Positions 24,551 to 37,423 of a stretch of DNA of 64,000 nucleotides are shown one piece after another (within the stretch, counting starts at the first letter, position 1; the number at the start of each line of letters is the position of its first letter). The position numbers were made by a program, and so were the translations under genes. Origin of the DNA: Callorhinchus milii (Eukaryota); NCBI RefSeq assembly GCF_018977255.1, contig NW_024704743.1, forward strand, positions 64,544,001 through 64,608,000, in the 5' to 3' direction. Under the pieces are notes generated by a model that saw only the letters and a list, made by a program, of their open reading frames with translations, had not been told where the DNA came from and did not search any database.

Positions 24551-24766
24551 AGGGGCCCAAAACCTACAGCTCGAAGGTCATGTGATCTTAAAATTTAAGG
24601 TCCTGTAAAGTAGTGGAAAACCCTTCAATTCACTCTGTTTGGAAGCTCCTTTTCCACAGTTCTTAAACAGGGCTGTCTTAAGACTAAATTTAAGAATTGT
24701 TCACAATTGTGTTGTTCTTAAATTTGAATGAAATTGTCTTAAGACTAAGTGGAATTTTGGCCCCAC
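24551..24766. repeat. Palindromic AT-rich MITE-like element (family Y)
   Basis: Ends ggggcccaaaa and ttttggcccc; internal inverted aaatttaagaa...ttcttaaattt; two gtcttaagac palindromes. Confidence 0.55.
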
Positions 24767-24869
24767 TTATTCTTTAGAAATATGTGACATGTTGGACCAA
24801 GGTGCTGGTGGAACAAGGAACTATAGAGGGTTTCAAAAAGGAATTGCACAAATTTGGAAATTGAAATAT

Positions 24870-25186
24870 TAATAATAATAATCCTTGCATTTGATATAGC
24901 GCTTTTCACGTCGGGAAGACGTCCCAAAGCGCTTCACAGAACATACTGTAAAGTGAATTGACTGTATATTTGTGGGCGAACGTGGCAGCCAATTGCGCAC
25001 AGCAATGTCCCACAAACAGTCGTAGATTGAAAATGACCAATTTATTATTGTTTTTTTTTTGGAGGGATTATTATTAGGCTCTGTGTGGAGTAAGGAAACT
25101 TGCCCAAGGTTTCGCCCTGCCTGGAATTGAACTCAGGTCTCTCGCTTGCAAAGCGAGTGCTCTAACCACTGAGCTACAGGACTCCA
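24870..25186 (-). mobile_element. SINE subfamily A, full length, inserted in an old CR1 tail
   Basis: Nearly identical to 1060-1383. Confidence 0.96.
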
Positions 25187-26694
25187 TGAAAGGATTGAAA
25201 GGATTCATAGTTCATAAATGATGCATCAAATGAGTCTTTTGGGATAGGCTAGTTGGACCAATATTCTATTGCTGTCTGAAACTATTTTTATATGTGTTTT
25301 GTAACTTGATAATGAATTGTCAGTCTAGTGCCTATCTGTAATATGGGTATTGATACTAGTCAGACAGTACTGCTTTCATTGTAAACTGAGGTATCTATTC
25401 GTATTTTTGTTATATTTAAAAGTATGGAAAAGTATATAATTCAAATTCATGTGAGTTACACATCTTCCACACTCATTTTATTAATCTGGCAGTTTAGTTT
25501 AATGCAATTTTTCTTCACGACTATCTGTTGATTATTAAAAGTGACAATGTTTCTCCTACATTTTTATAAAGGGATTTCAAATGGGAAAGATTGCTGTTGA
25601 GGATTTCCTTATAGATGTATAAGACTGGTCCAACTGGGCCAGCCACAATATAAAAATTACATAAAAATAAAATTAAAAAATAAATAATCCAAAGTTACAG
25701 TAAATCTCAATCCCCTCAATCTAATTTCAACTTGATTTTGTGAACACAATCTGCCTTCACCTCCTCCCTAGGTAGTCTATAACACGAACAAAATTCATCA
25801 CATTCTGTGCAAAGTAATTACATCTGAGCTGTCTCTTTATTTGATGACTACAGTGAGGTTCTTTGAAGTGTGATCCCTCTTTTTAACAATTTCTGGTTTG
25901 GATAATATGGGCTTTAAAACCTGAGAGCACTCTGCAACAGCACAGCACCAGTAAATTATTCAGGGGCATAATGCTTCAAAATCTCAGCTTTTAAGATCAT
26001 CCAAAATCATTTATATTTCCTTTTTGAGGATTCCCACCTTATATTCTTTGTAACTGCGTTTTAATAAATAAAAGACCCAAGAATCCTCCAGCATAAATCA
26101 AAACGTGAATTTACAACACGATCTTCACTGAGACTTCAATATCCTTGATCATTTTTCACTCATACATCACAACCTCTCACCTGATATGTAGCTTTCTCTC
26201 AGGATCCTTTGCTCCAGATATGTGACCCAATTTGGCTCCAGTTACTTCTTGCTTAATCTCATATAAAGGTTCCTTGAAACCATAGAGTTGTATCTTCTTT
26301 AGGGAAAACATACATCAGTTATTGAATAAAGTCTCAGTATTGAGATTAGACTAATGAATCAGTAGTTGCCTCGTATGATTTTCACCCTTCTTGAACAGTG
26401 CGACCAGATTGCTTGCTTCCAGTCTGTCACAACCTGGCAATGTCTGTCAGTGCTTTACAAGCCTTCTCTCCTAAGGTCAATACTAGATTTTGATGGTGTA
26501 CTTTCACTGTTTCAGTCAAAGCAAACTTATTGAGCTATGGTAACTACCATCCAGTGGATAAAATACTCCTACTCCCTGAATACTGCCTTTGAAATTATGA
26601 AGGGATTTAATAGTCTCCAATTGAGAGGGAGATAGTCGAGAGGGAGAAATTATTTCCACTGAGCATTTATTCATCAACTCATCATCAATATGCA

Positions 26695-27006
26695 TCAATA
26701 TAAGGTAATTCACAAAGGAGCGAAGAAGGAGATAAGGAGGATTTTTTTTCACATAGAGACCTGTTAGGATGTGGAAGGCCCTGCCAGGAGCAGTGGAATC
26801 CTCTCCCAGAGTCCCTCTTCCTCGACTCTCACTGTCCATCTTAAAGACTGCTTTCAGATCTATCATTTTGACTGCACTTTCAATCATTTGCTCCCCTCCC
26901 AACTCTTCCCATCCTCCACCCAGCTCAGGTGCCCAATCAGCTATTTCAAGCACTTTGAGACATTCTCCTAATAGGAAAGGTGCTATATAAATATAAATAG
27001 TTATTG
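26695..27006 (+). mobile_element. CR1 fragment (to about 26797) joined to an L2 3' tail
   Basis: RRIFFT...VRMWKALP, followed by L2 3' UTR and aaaggtgctatataaat tail. Confidence 0.7.
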
Positions 27007-27039
27007 CTCATATATCCAGGGTTTGGTATCCAACTTGAT

Positions 27040-28270
27040 TGGTATGCAGGGAGGTATTGCTCAAGTTCCGCAGGTCCACCTGGTAGAGATGAGAATGGTG
27101 GGCAAGATGGTGGTGGCAATGCACTCATGTATTTTATGCTGCTCACCAGGAAGTTTGCATATTCCTGGTATCTGAGAGCTCAAATCTGTGCTTGCCTAGT
27201 ATATGTCTGTCAGGTCTCAGTAGCCCAGATTCTGAGCCAAACAGGTTTGCAGTACTTCAGGGCACTGTTGATGACAGACGAGCTTGGCTCATTGGCACGA
27301 CTTGAAGGAACAGAACAGTTACTGGGGGGCATGGATTCTTTTTGGATCCTGTTAGCCCTGCAAGCCAAAGCCATAACAGTAGGATGGTTCAAGCTGGACA
27401 AGCAGCACAAAGTTTGCCAGACATTGCTCTCAATGGTAAAGCAGTACTGCAACACACACTCAGGTGTCCCTAAACCTTGGCTCTTGCCAACCTGCACTTA
27501 ATGCAACTCAACTACAATTTACATTTGAGTCTCAGAGTTCTTAACAATGGCAGAGCTTGACGCTAAGCCAGGGCACTGGGACAGGAGAAGTGACCGTAGC
27601 CACTTTTGTGAATTACCTTATATTGATGTCCTCCAGTCACTGACTCACCAGTGAAGCCTGCAAGGACTGGGGTGATGAGTGTGCAGACTTTAGTACAGGT
27701 GAGAATGAAGGCACCTGACTTACCCTAATTCTGGAGAATATTCTGTCCTCTTGCTTGTCAGACATCAAGGCCCGGATGAATGCCAACTTTCTGCAGGCAG
27801 CGGAGCTTAGAGTCATTTGGATTTTGTGGGATGTGGAACTGGGGAGACCTGCAAGGAGGGCATTGGCAAAATCAAGGCGGGACGTGACAAATGTGTGAAT
27901 GAGGGTTTTGGCTACATTGGGTACGGCCAGAGATGGGCAATATGGAAGAAAGTTGTCTTGGTAACGGACCAGACATGGGGTAGAAAGGATATCTGGGGAT
28001 AGAACCTGATGCCTAGGTTGTGCACAGGTTCAGTACGTCTGAGGCATAGGCCAGGGAGATTAAGGAGTTCAGAGCCACAGGTGAGAAGACATTGATGGGA
28101 GCCAAGGCAAATAGCTTCTGTCTTGTCAACATTCAGCTGCAGAAAGTTGGTGCTCATCCAGGCCTTGATGTCTGATAAGCAGGAGGACAGAATATTCTAC
28201 AGAATTAGGGTATGTTCGGTGCATCTGGGAGGAGAGTGTATTTTCCATTCTAAACACAGAGAAATTTCCA
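27040..28270 (-). repeat. Family X copy 3 (head 28191-28270, body below 27502) split by an L2 insertion
   Basis: Head tggaaatttctctgtgtttagaatgg...gaatatt and body attaagtgcaggttggcaagagccaagg...gtactgct are co-linear with 48042-48270; lower boundary is uncertain. Confidence 0.65.
27503..28190 (-). mobile_element. L2 fragment with internal inverted duplication
   Basis: NFLQLNVDKTEAI; ILTCTK..ITP; L2-type tail at 27503-27526. Confidence 0.85.
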
Positions 28271-28860
28271 AGTGCACACGCACTGATCAAAAAAACACTG
28301 CCCTATGCTGCTTTTTTGTCTTACCTTTTTGCCAACAAACACACTAAATTGTCCAGGTACATGCTTACAGCGTGCAAATATGAGATGCCTGACATTGGTG
28401 TCCATTACTAATTTTTTATTTACAAATCAAAAATGCAATTTCTCCACATTAGGATTCCCAATTTGCCAAATATGGCACGTGGCTAACGTATTGGACAACT
28501 CTGCTCTTGAGCCTGCGTGGGCCCCTTGTATTAGCCCCCGATGTATATCCTATCAAGCTTTCTTTCTGGGAGCTTTGCTACTTCCACTGATTCCACAGTT
28601 TCCCGTCAACTTGTCTTCTGCAAATGTAAATAATTTACTGAAGAAAGCCCAAAGCAAGTTCATCGGGCTACGGTTTTAATAAAGAAAAACTTGTTTAGGT
28701 TGTATGATAGCAATAAACAGGAACCTTTGAGAACATATTTTAATAAACAGCTTCTCATCCTGCAATAAATAGTGACGTGGATTTAAGGTATTTATTCTGC
28801 ACAGGGGAGCAGTTTAATGTCTCCGCTGTCAAACTCAAGTTTATAACTTAAATTATTAAG

Positions 28861-31850
28861 TTGGAAAGGAACTTTGAAAGGGAGGGGAAAGAACCAGTTG
28901 TCGTTATCCATGCGGGAACCAATGACATAGGAAAGAGCAGGAAGGAGGTCCTGTTAAAAGAGAGTTTCAAGAGCTAGGGGCCAAATTAACAAACAGGACC
29001 TCGAAGGTGATAATCTCCAGATTGCTACCTGAGCCATATGCAAATTGGCATAGAGATAAACAGATCAGGGAAATGAATGTGTGGCTGAAAGAGTGGTGTG
29101 AGAAGGAGGGTTTCCATTTCATTGGATACTGGTATCTGTATTGGGACAGAAATGAATTGTACTGCTGGAATGGGCTGCACCTGAACAGGGCTGGAACCAA
29201 GGTACTCGCGAAAAGGATAAGCAAGACTGTAGAAAAAGTTTTAAACCAGTAAGGGGGGTGAAAACCAAAAAAGCAAAACATAAGGCAAGGAACGGATGAG
29301 AGCAATGGTCAGAATACAAATAGTGATAAAGATAACATAAATACTACAGGAATTAAAAAGGTAATAGGAAGTTATCACAAAAGGTGTAAAGGGGTATATA
29401 GTAATTTGAGGGACAGTAACCCAAATAAGAGTTATGTATACAAATGTACGTAGCATAAGAAATAAAACAAGTGAGTTAGAAGCATAAAGTCAACTTAAAG
29501 GGTATGGTGTAGTAGCCATTACAGAGTCCTGGTTACAAGTTGGGCAGGACTGAGAGCTAAATATTCCATGCTGAGATCTTTAAAAAAGACAGGGGCATTG
29601 GGAATTTAATTTTCACATAGAGTGGGAGAAGCAGGACACCTCAGGTAGTAAAGGCAATACATTTCTAGAATGTATTCAGGATAACTTTTTGGAACAATAT
29701 GTTTTAGAACCAACAAGGGAATAAGCCATACTGCATTTGGTGATGAGTAATGAGCCAGAACTAGTTAACAATCGGACAGAAAGGGAATAACTTGCAAATA
29801 ATGAGCATAATATGATTGAATTTGACATTGGTTTGAATGGGAGAAGTTTGGGAGTCCCAAACCAAGGTTTTAAATGTAAGTAAGGCAAACTTCAATGGGA
29901 TGAGAAATATATTCACCACAGTAAATTGGGTTGAACTGTTAGTGGGTAAACTTGCAGATGAACAATGGGAAGTATTCAAAAAAGTATTTGATACAATACA
30001 GAACAAGTACATACCCCTAAAATGCAAAAGCTCCAATCATGTAGTTAAGCAACCATGGTGGACAAAAGATGTTAGAGACCGTATCAAGTTAAAAGAGAAA
30101 AGGCTTACTCAAATACAAGAAAAAGTAGGAATGCAGAGGACTGGGAGAACTACAAAAGGCAACAAAGGGATACAAAGAAAGTAATAAGAGGAACAAAGAG
30201 GGAGTATGAAAAAAACTTGCAAAGGACAGTAAAACCAAAAGTAAATGCTTTTATAAATATATTAAAAGAAAGGGAATGGTCAAGGGGAATATGGGTCCAT
30301 TAAAGACAGATGTAGGTAAGACTATAACGGAAATGGCTGACTTATTAAATAAATACTTTGCTACTGTTTTTACAGTAGAGGATAAGGACAAAATACCAGC
30401 CGTATAGGGGAACCTAAAAATAAGTCAGAGAAATGTCTAATAAAATTAATATAAATTAAAAAACGGTAATGGAGAAAATAATGAGACTCAAGATAGACAA
30501 ATCTCCAGGACCTGATAGTTTCCACCCCAGGGTGTTAAAGGAAAAAGGAGAGGAAATTGCAGATGCATTCGTCATAATTTTCCAAAGCTCACTAGATTCG
30601 GGAAATGTGCACTTAGATTGGAAAATTGTGAATGTCACCCCTTGATTTAAGAAGGGAGGGAGAAACCAGGAAACTACAGACCTGTCAGCTTAACATCAGT
30701 TGTAGGGAAAATACTGGAATCCATCATCAGGGACAGAGTGACTGAACACTTGGACTAGTATGAGTTAGTCAACGAGAGTCAGCATGGGTTTGTGTAAGGT
30801 AGGTCACGTCTGACTAATTTAGGTGAATTTTTGGAGGAGATCATTAAAATAGTGAATAAGAGAGTGTCTATGGATGTCGTTTACATGGACTTTCAGAAGG
30901 TATTTGATAAGATTCCACACAAAAGATTATTAGCGAAAATGGAAGCATATAGAGTCAGAGGTAACCTTGTGACGTGGCTTGGTAATTGTTTGGGAGGCAG
31001 GAAAAAGAGATTAGGGATAAAGGAAACGTTCTCTGATTGGCAGGATGTGACAAATAGTGTCCCCCAGGTGGCTGTACTGGGACCTCAGTTATTTGCAATA
31101 TATATATGAGTGGCTGAGATGAAGGAATAGAAAGTTTTATATCTAAGTTTGCAGACAACACTAAGCTTGGAGGCTCAGTAAGTTGTGTAGATGGGGATAG
31201 AAAGTTGCAAAGGGACTTAGACAGATTAAATGAATGGGCAAAGCTGTGGCAAATGGAGTTCAATGTACCTAAGTGTGAGGTCATCCACTATGGAGTGAAA
31301 AAAGATAAAGCAGAATACTTTCTTAATGGGCAGAAATTAAGAACTGTGGAGGAGCAAAGAGATTTGGGTGTCCATATCCACAAAGCACTAAAAACTAATG
31401 CGCAGGTGCAAAAAGTAATCAAAAAGGCAAATGTTGGCCTTTTTCTCAAGGGGCCTGGAATACAAGGGGAAGAAATGATGCTTCAGCTGTATAGAGAGGT
31501 AGTCAGACCCCCACCTGGAGTACTGCGTTCAGTTTTGGGCACCACTCCTCAGGAGAGATATATTGGCCCTGGAGGGGTGCAGCGCAGGTTCACCAGAATG
31601 TTACAGGCCTAAAAGGGTTAAGTTACGAGGAAAGGCTGTGTAAACTTGGATCGTATTCCCTTGAGTTTAGAACGTTGAGGGGTGATTTGATTGAGGTATT
31701 TAAGATGATAAAGGGATTTGAATGGGTAGATACAGAGAAGCTATTTTCTCTGGTGGGGAATCCAAAACTAGAGGGAATCGTCTTAAAATTAGTACCAGGC
31801 CATTTAAGAATGAAATCAGGAAGCATTTTTTCACTCAAAGGGTGGTAGAA
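28861..31850 (+). mobile_element. Long CR1 LINE: ORF1 SGNH-esterase domain, partly deleted APE endonuclease, RT; own 3' UTR missing
   Basis: VIHAGTND and GLHLN (ORF1, stop 29252); MYTNVRSIRNK, AITESWL, KSPGPD, DFQKVFDKIPH, SKFADNTK; many stops and frameshifts. Confidence 0.96.
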
Positions 31851-31944
31851 AATACCATCACTACATTTTACAGTAAGTCCTGTGATTCACTTTTAGTCGT
31901 CATCCATATCTGAAAGGGCTATATCAAATGCAAGGATTATTATT
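31851..31944 (+). mobile_element. SINE 3' tail abutting the truncated CR1
   Basis: aaagggctatatcaaatgcaaggattattatt. Confidence 0.8.
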
Positions 31945-33201
31945 GGTGACATAATTGAAATCAAATATATTGTACGACTTTCGCTGCTTTACAAACAGAT
32001 CCAGAGAACGCTGGGCTTGAATAAGAAGCAGGTAGATGCTCTAATGGGAGCATGGCGAGTATTCTGGAAAGATGAAATCAAATGGGCCAAAAGGTCTTCT
32101 TCATCCAAACCTCTGGTGGTCTCTCATGATCACCATGGCAACACAATACTGATAAATGAAACATCTACTTATATGGTCTATTTCCTGTTTTGTACACAAC
32201 GGGAGAGTTTTGCCTGCAAGAGAATCTTCATGGGCAGCTTCCAAATTACTGTCAGTGCTGAAGGATGACATCACAGATAACGTTCCTTCTCCGAGCCCTG
32301 CACTCACATTTCATTCATTGTTGTTCCTATAATGGCACATGAGATGAATAAAGCACTGTTTCAGGCACCTCTAAACCATTGGGGAAAGCTTGCCAATGTG
32401 AATGGAAAGTTAAGTGCGGCAGTATAATATATTTTATTGAGTGATATAGCTGTAAAGCTGTTAACTACAGAAAAAAACTCTTATAATATCAATCATAATA
32501 CTTGCATTTGATATATTACTTCATTACATCAAAACCTTCACAAAGTTTTCGGTAAAAGTGTAGTGACTGTGTAATGTAGGCAAAGCTCGTAACAATGCTG
32601 GATGGACACCCGAGCTAGGAGTGCCAGCTTTGTGTCTTGCAACAAAGATATTTGTCAGTAAAACACATCTTATGGCCTCTCAGGTTGTCCCAGATAACAG
32701 CCTTAACATTGAACAGCAGAAGTGTTGTGTTTCCTTTCCATGTATAAAACATTGTTGTCTCACTAGCTTCATGCAGTGATGGGTTCTTTACATTGTATAG
32801 GATTAATAAAGAAGTGAAAGATCACACAGGCCCCTCTCATCAGGGGAGAAATGACAAAAGGAAGGGCTCAGAGGGTCACTAAAGATAAGGTAGAAGTGCT
32901 CAACATTTATCAGAGTACTCTTGACCAACCAGGAGTGCCATTTGGCCATGTCAGGGATTAAGACCTGCTTTCAAATCGAAATAACGCACATCCTCAACAT
33001 TATTGTGTGTTATGTTGCTTAGCAACCAACATGGTCTTGGCAGTTTGAAGCTCAGAGTAACCCAGTTGCTTTATGCTTCATTTTAACTGTGTCTAACAGC
33101 GAAGGAGGATACTTTAAAAAAAATTGCTCACTGAAGTGAAGAGGGGGAATTCAGGTTTAAAAAATGAATCTAGCATTTATTGTGCAATTATTGTCTTTCA
33201 C

Positions 33202-33381
33202 CTGCCCGAGTCAATGCCTTGAGGTTCTTTAGATGAGGAAATCGAGAGATGCCAGAGAACTTCTTGAAATTGTACTTGAAACCACGATAACGTGATCCAA
33301 ACTTACCACCAAATTCAACTTGGCTGCTGACCTCACTGTTGTTTTGGGGTGTTGCAGGTGCAGAATAGCTGTCACATTCAT
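33202..33381 (-). CDS. Candidate internal coding exon of an unidentified gene (180 nt; alternative 75-nt form 33307-33381)
   Basis: AG at 33382-33383; phase 1-1 open frame DECDSYSAPATPQNNSEVSSQVEFGGKFGSRYRGFKYNFKKFSGISRFPHLKNLKALTRA; donors CAG|gtgaaa and GTG|gtaagt; all four CpGs lie in Arg codons. Confidence 0.5.
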
Positions 33382-33464
33382 CTATATGTGCAGGAGACAA
33401 CAACAACAATTTATATAGATACATTAGAGTAGCATTAAGAAATTATTCCAGCAAATTGATATGA

Positions 33465-35745
33465 TACAATATGATTGAATTCTGCATTAAGTTAGAAAGG
33501 GATATAGTTAACTCCGAGACAAGTATTCTGAATTTAAATAAGACTAATTTTGTCCCTACTAATTTTGTAGGTATGAGGAAAGACTTAGGTAAAATACACT
33601 GGAGAATCAGATTAAGAGGTAAAAATGTAGACCAACAGTGGCAAATATTTAAGGATGTAGTGCATAATTCTCAGCGGTCACATATTCCCTTGCGGAATAA
33701 GAGTACCACAGGGAAAACAATTCATCCGTGGCTAACTAGAGCAGTTAGGGAAAGCATCAAATTAAAAGAAAAAGCTTATAAAACTGCCAAGAAAAGCAGC
33801 AAATCTGAAGATTGGGAGAGTTTTAGAAACCAGCAAAGAAAACCTAAAAAACTAATTAAGAGCGAGAAAAAGGAGTATGAGGGTAAGCTAGCTAGGAACA
33901 TTAAGTCAGATTGTAAAAGTTTTTACAAATACATTAAGAGGACTAGTGAGGGTAAATGTAGGTCCACTTCAGTCAGAGATGGGAGAAGTTGTAATGGGGG
34001 ATAAGGACATGGCAGAGTCCCTAAATGGATACTTTGCATCTGTCTTCAGCCTAGAAGACACAACAATTCTGCCAACAATAGAGATGCACCAAGGGGATCA
34101 GGACAGGGACCAACTTAGGGAAATTTTCATTAGTAGAGAATTGGTGCTAGGGAAACTGTTAGCACTAAAAAATGACAAATCCCCTGGTCCGGATGGCTTG
34201 CATCCCAGGGTTTTAAAAGAGGTAGCTTATGAGATAGTGGAGGCCTTGTGTCTGATCTTCCAAAATTCCTTGGATTCTGGAACAGTCCCCATGGATTGGA
34301 AGATCGCAAATGTCACACCACTATTTAAAAAAGGTGGAAAGGAAAAGATGGGGAACTATAGGCCAGTTAGTGTCACATCAGTGATAGGAACATTTTTAGA
34401 ATCGTTAATTAAGGATGTGGTAGTGCGGTATTTAGGGAGCACAATATAATTAGGCCAAGTCAACATGGCTTCACAAAAGGGAAGTCATGTTTGACAAATC
34501 TCATAGAATTTTTTGAGGATATTTCGAGTAAACTAGATAAGGGTGAATCAGTGGATGTGGTCTATTTGGACTTCCAGAAGGCATTCGATAAGGTGCCGCA
34601 TAAAAGGTTAGTCCAAAAGATAGGGGCCCATGGAATTGAGGGGAGCATATTAACGTGGATTGGGTAGGAAACAAAAAGTAGGGATAAACGGGTCCTTTTC
34701 AGATTGACGGGATGTGACTGGTGGAGTGCCACAAGGATCAGTCCTTGGGCCTCAGCTATTTACCATCTACATCAACGATCTAGATGAGGACATTGAAGTT
34801 AATATATCTAAATTCGCGGATGACACAAAACTAGGAGGAAGTGTCAACACAGAGGATGACATTAAAAAAATGCAGCGAGACATAGATAGGTTAGGTGATT
34901 GGGCAGGTAGGTGGCAGATGAAGTATAATGTAGGGAAGTGCGAAGTCATCCACCTAGGTAGCAAAAACAGTAGAGCGGGTTATTTTTTACAAGGGGAGAG
35001 ATTGGAATGTGTTAGCGTCCAGAGGGACTTGGGTGTCCTTGTACACCAATCACAGAAAGTTAGTCTGCAGGGGCAGCAAACAATTAGGAAGGTGAATGGT
35101 ATGTTAGCATTCATTATGAAAGGATTAGAGTATAAGAGTAGGGAAGTCTTTGCTGCAACTATATAGGGCCCTGGTGAGACCACACCTGGAATACTGTGTG
35201 CAGTTTTGGTCTCCGTATTTAAGGAAGGATGTACTTGTCTTGGAGGGGGTGCAGCGTAGATTTGCTAGGTTAGTACCAGGGATGAAGGGGATGAATTACG
35301 AAGATAGGCTGACCAATTAGGGCCTATATTCTCTAGAATATAGAAGAATTAGAGGGGATCTTATAGAAACCTATAAGATCATCAAAGGGCGTGATAGAGT
35401 AGATAGTGGGAGATTGTTTCCCCTGGTTGGAGAAACTAAAACCAGGGGTCACAACCTTAAAATCAGAGGTCAGCCCTTTCGCACTGAGTTGAAGAAGAAC
35501 TTCTTCACTCAAAGGATGGTGAATGTATGTAACTCACTACCCCAAAGGGCTGTTGACGCTCAGTCCTTGAACATATTCAAGACTGAGATAGATATATTTC
35601 TTATTGCAAAAGGGATTAAGGGATATGGGGATAAGGCAGGGTTATGTTATTAGCTGGAGTTAGATTAGAAGATCAGCCATGATTGAATGGCGGGGCAGGC
35701 TCGAAGGGCCAAATGGCCTACTCCTGCTCCTACATGTTGTGTTAT
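33465..35745 (+). mobile_element. CR1 LINE ORF2 (linker and RT) with complete 3' UTR
   Basis: [50 protein letters not shown]; 3' stem gaagggccaaatggcctactcctg. Confidence 0.97.
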
Positions 35746-35929
35746 ATTCACAATCCAAGACCAGAACATTTTTATTGGAAGTGATTTCTGAAGCAGAGAA
35801 GTCCCAATTATTATAGGTGGAAATGTTAATTCAATAGCCACTGAGCCTTTGGTGAATCATATGGAATACAAATTCTGCTGTTTCAGCCAAAAAAAGCAAT
35901 CTATCCTTCTTTCCAAATTACTGATCGAT

Positions 35930-36655
35930 CTGTTGTGCATCTGTTAGTAGCACTCTTGCCTCTGAATCAGAAAGTTGTGGGGTTAAGCCACATATTGGGA
36001 GTTGGACCCACATAACATCTGCTGACACTTCAGTAGAAGTCCTGTAGCTCAGTGGTTAGAGCACTCGCCTTGCAAGCGAGACACCTGAGTTCAATTTCAG
36101 GCAGGGCGAAACCTTGGGCAAGTTTCCTTACTCCACACGTCTAATAATAATCCCTCCAAAACAAAACAATAATAAATTGGTCATTTTCAATCCACGACTG
36201 TTTGTGGGACACTGCTGTGCGCAATTGGCTGCTGCGTATCGCCCACAAATGTATGGTCAATTCACTTTACAGTCTATTCTGTGAAGCGCTTTGAGACGTA
36301 GAGAAGACGTGAAAAGCGCTATATAAAAATGCAAGGGTTATTTTATTATTATAGTATAGTGCTGGAGGTGTGCTGCATTGTTGGAGGTGCCTCATTCGGA
36401 TGAGATGTTAAACTGAGGTCTTGTCTGCCTGTTCAAGTGGATGGTAAACATTCCATGGTACTATTTGAAAAGAGAAGGGAGTTTCTCCCAGTGTCTTGGC
36501 CAATAATTCCCCCAAATCAAATTGGGTACTGATTTCATGGTTGTTTGTGGTACATTGCTGCATGCGAACTGACTGCTGCGATCGCCCACAAAATAAACAG
36601 TCAGTGCACTTTACAGTACATCCTGTGAAGCACCTAGAGACGTTCTCTATCTTTA
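35930..36655 (+). mobile_element. Older DeuSINE, full length, interrupted by a young SINE
   Basis: Head gtagcactcttgcctctgaatcag; body resumes at 36353 with Deu core. Confidence 0.88.
36036..36352 (+). mobile_element. SINE subfamily A nested in a DeuSINE
   Basis: Full-length copy; agta on both flanks. Confidence 0.95.
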
Positions 36656-36796
36656 CTTAAGATTTCTATCATCCTCAGATTTATTCTCCATCATTCGCGG
36701 TATTGAGGTCTGTGATTATGTTTTCATTCAGATGGAGAGCTGAAGGCAATCATTCAGGAAACAATTGCAGTTATTAGTCAATCCATCACAGCACAT

Positions 36797-36895
36797 ACAA
36801 AAACAGAAGTCGCTGGGAACACTTAGCAGATCAAGCAGCATATATGGAGAAAGGAAAGTGAGTCAACGTTTCGGGTCCACGACCCTTCGTCAAAC
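36797..36895 (+). mobile_element. Penelope-like element terminal fragment
   Basis: aaaaacagaagtcgctgggaacacttagcagatcaagcagca...aacgtttcgggtc...cccttcgtca, the motif I recall from chondrichthyan Penelope termini. Confidence 0.65.
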
Positions 36896-37112
36896 ACATA
36901 CACTTGTGTGTGTTTAAAATAAATTATAAGTTATTGATAAAGATATGAAAACATGCATGCTGTCTGGTTAGATTCTGATATTCATTGATACTTGTTCCTA
37001 TTACATGTACTAATACCTTGAATTAGGGTCTTTTTAATGGATGCTTATACTTATTCATAAGGACTTCAAAATGTTTATCACAGGAATACTATAATGTGCT
37101 GACCTGAAAACC

Positions 37113-37423
37113 ACAATAAATTTACATTTATATACAGCCTTTCAAGTTGGGAGGAAATCCCAATGTCCTGGACAGTTCAGGTTTTGCACCCAAACTGTGG
37201 GTGGGAGTTGAAGGGGTGGGGGCCAAAGGGGATAAAGGGGAGGAAAGACAGCTGAAAGTGTGGTTAAACAGAAAGGTCTTCATATGGACATTGAAGGAGG
37301 TGAGGGAAGAGGCGAGTCGTAGAGATTCCGGGCTGGGCTTCCAGCAAGTGGGGGCAGATAGGCTGAAAGCTTGACCACCAATGATAGGGCAGGAAGGGCA
37401 GGAACATAAAGCCAGCCCACTGG
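37113..37423 (-). mobile_element. L2 3' fragment
   Basis: IGGQAFSLSAPTCW...SFNVHMKTFLF and tail. Confidence 0.88.

Noticed and set aside
27004..27501. 165-aa ORF
   Set aside because: It overlaps repeat family X in antisense, with no recognisable domain
28861..35745. Active autonomous CR1 elements
   Set aside because: Both copies are 5'-truncated with multiple stops, frameshifts and deletions
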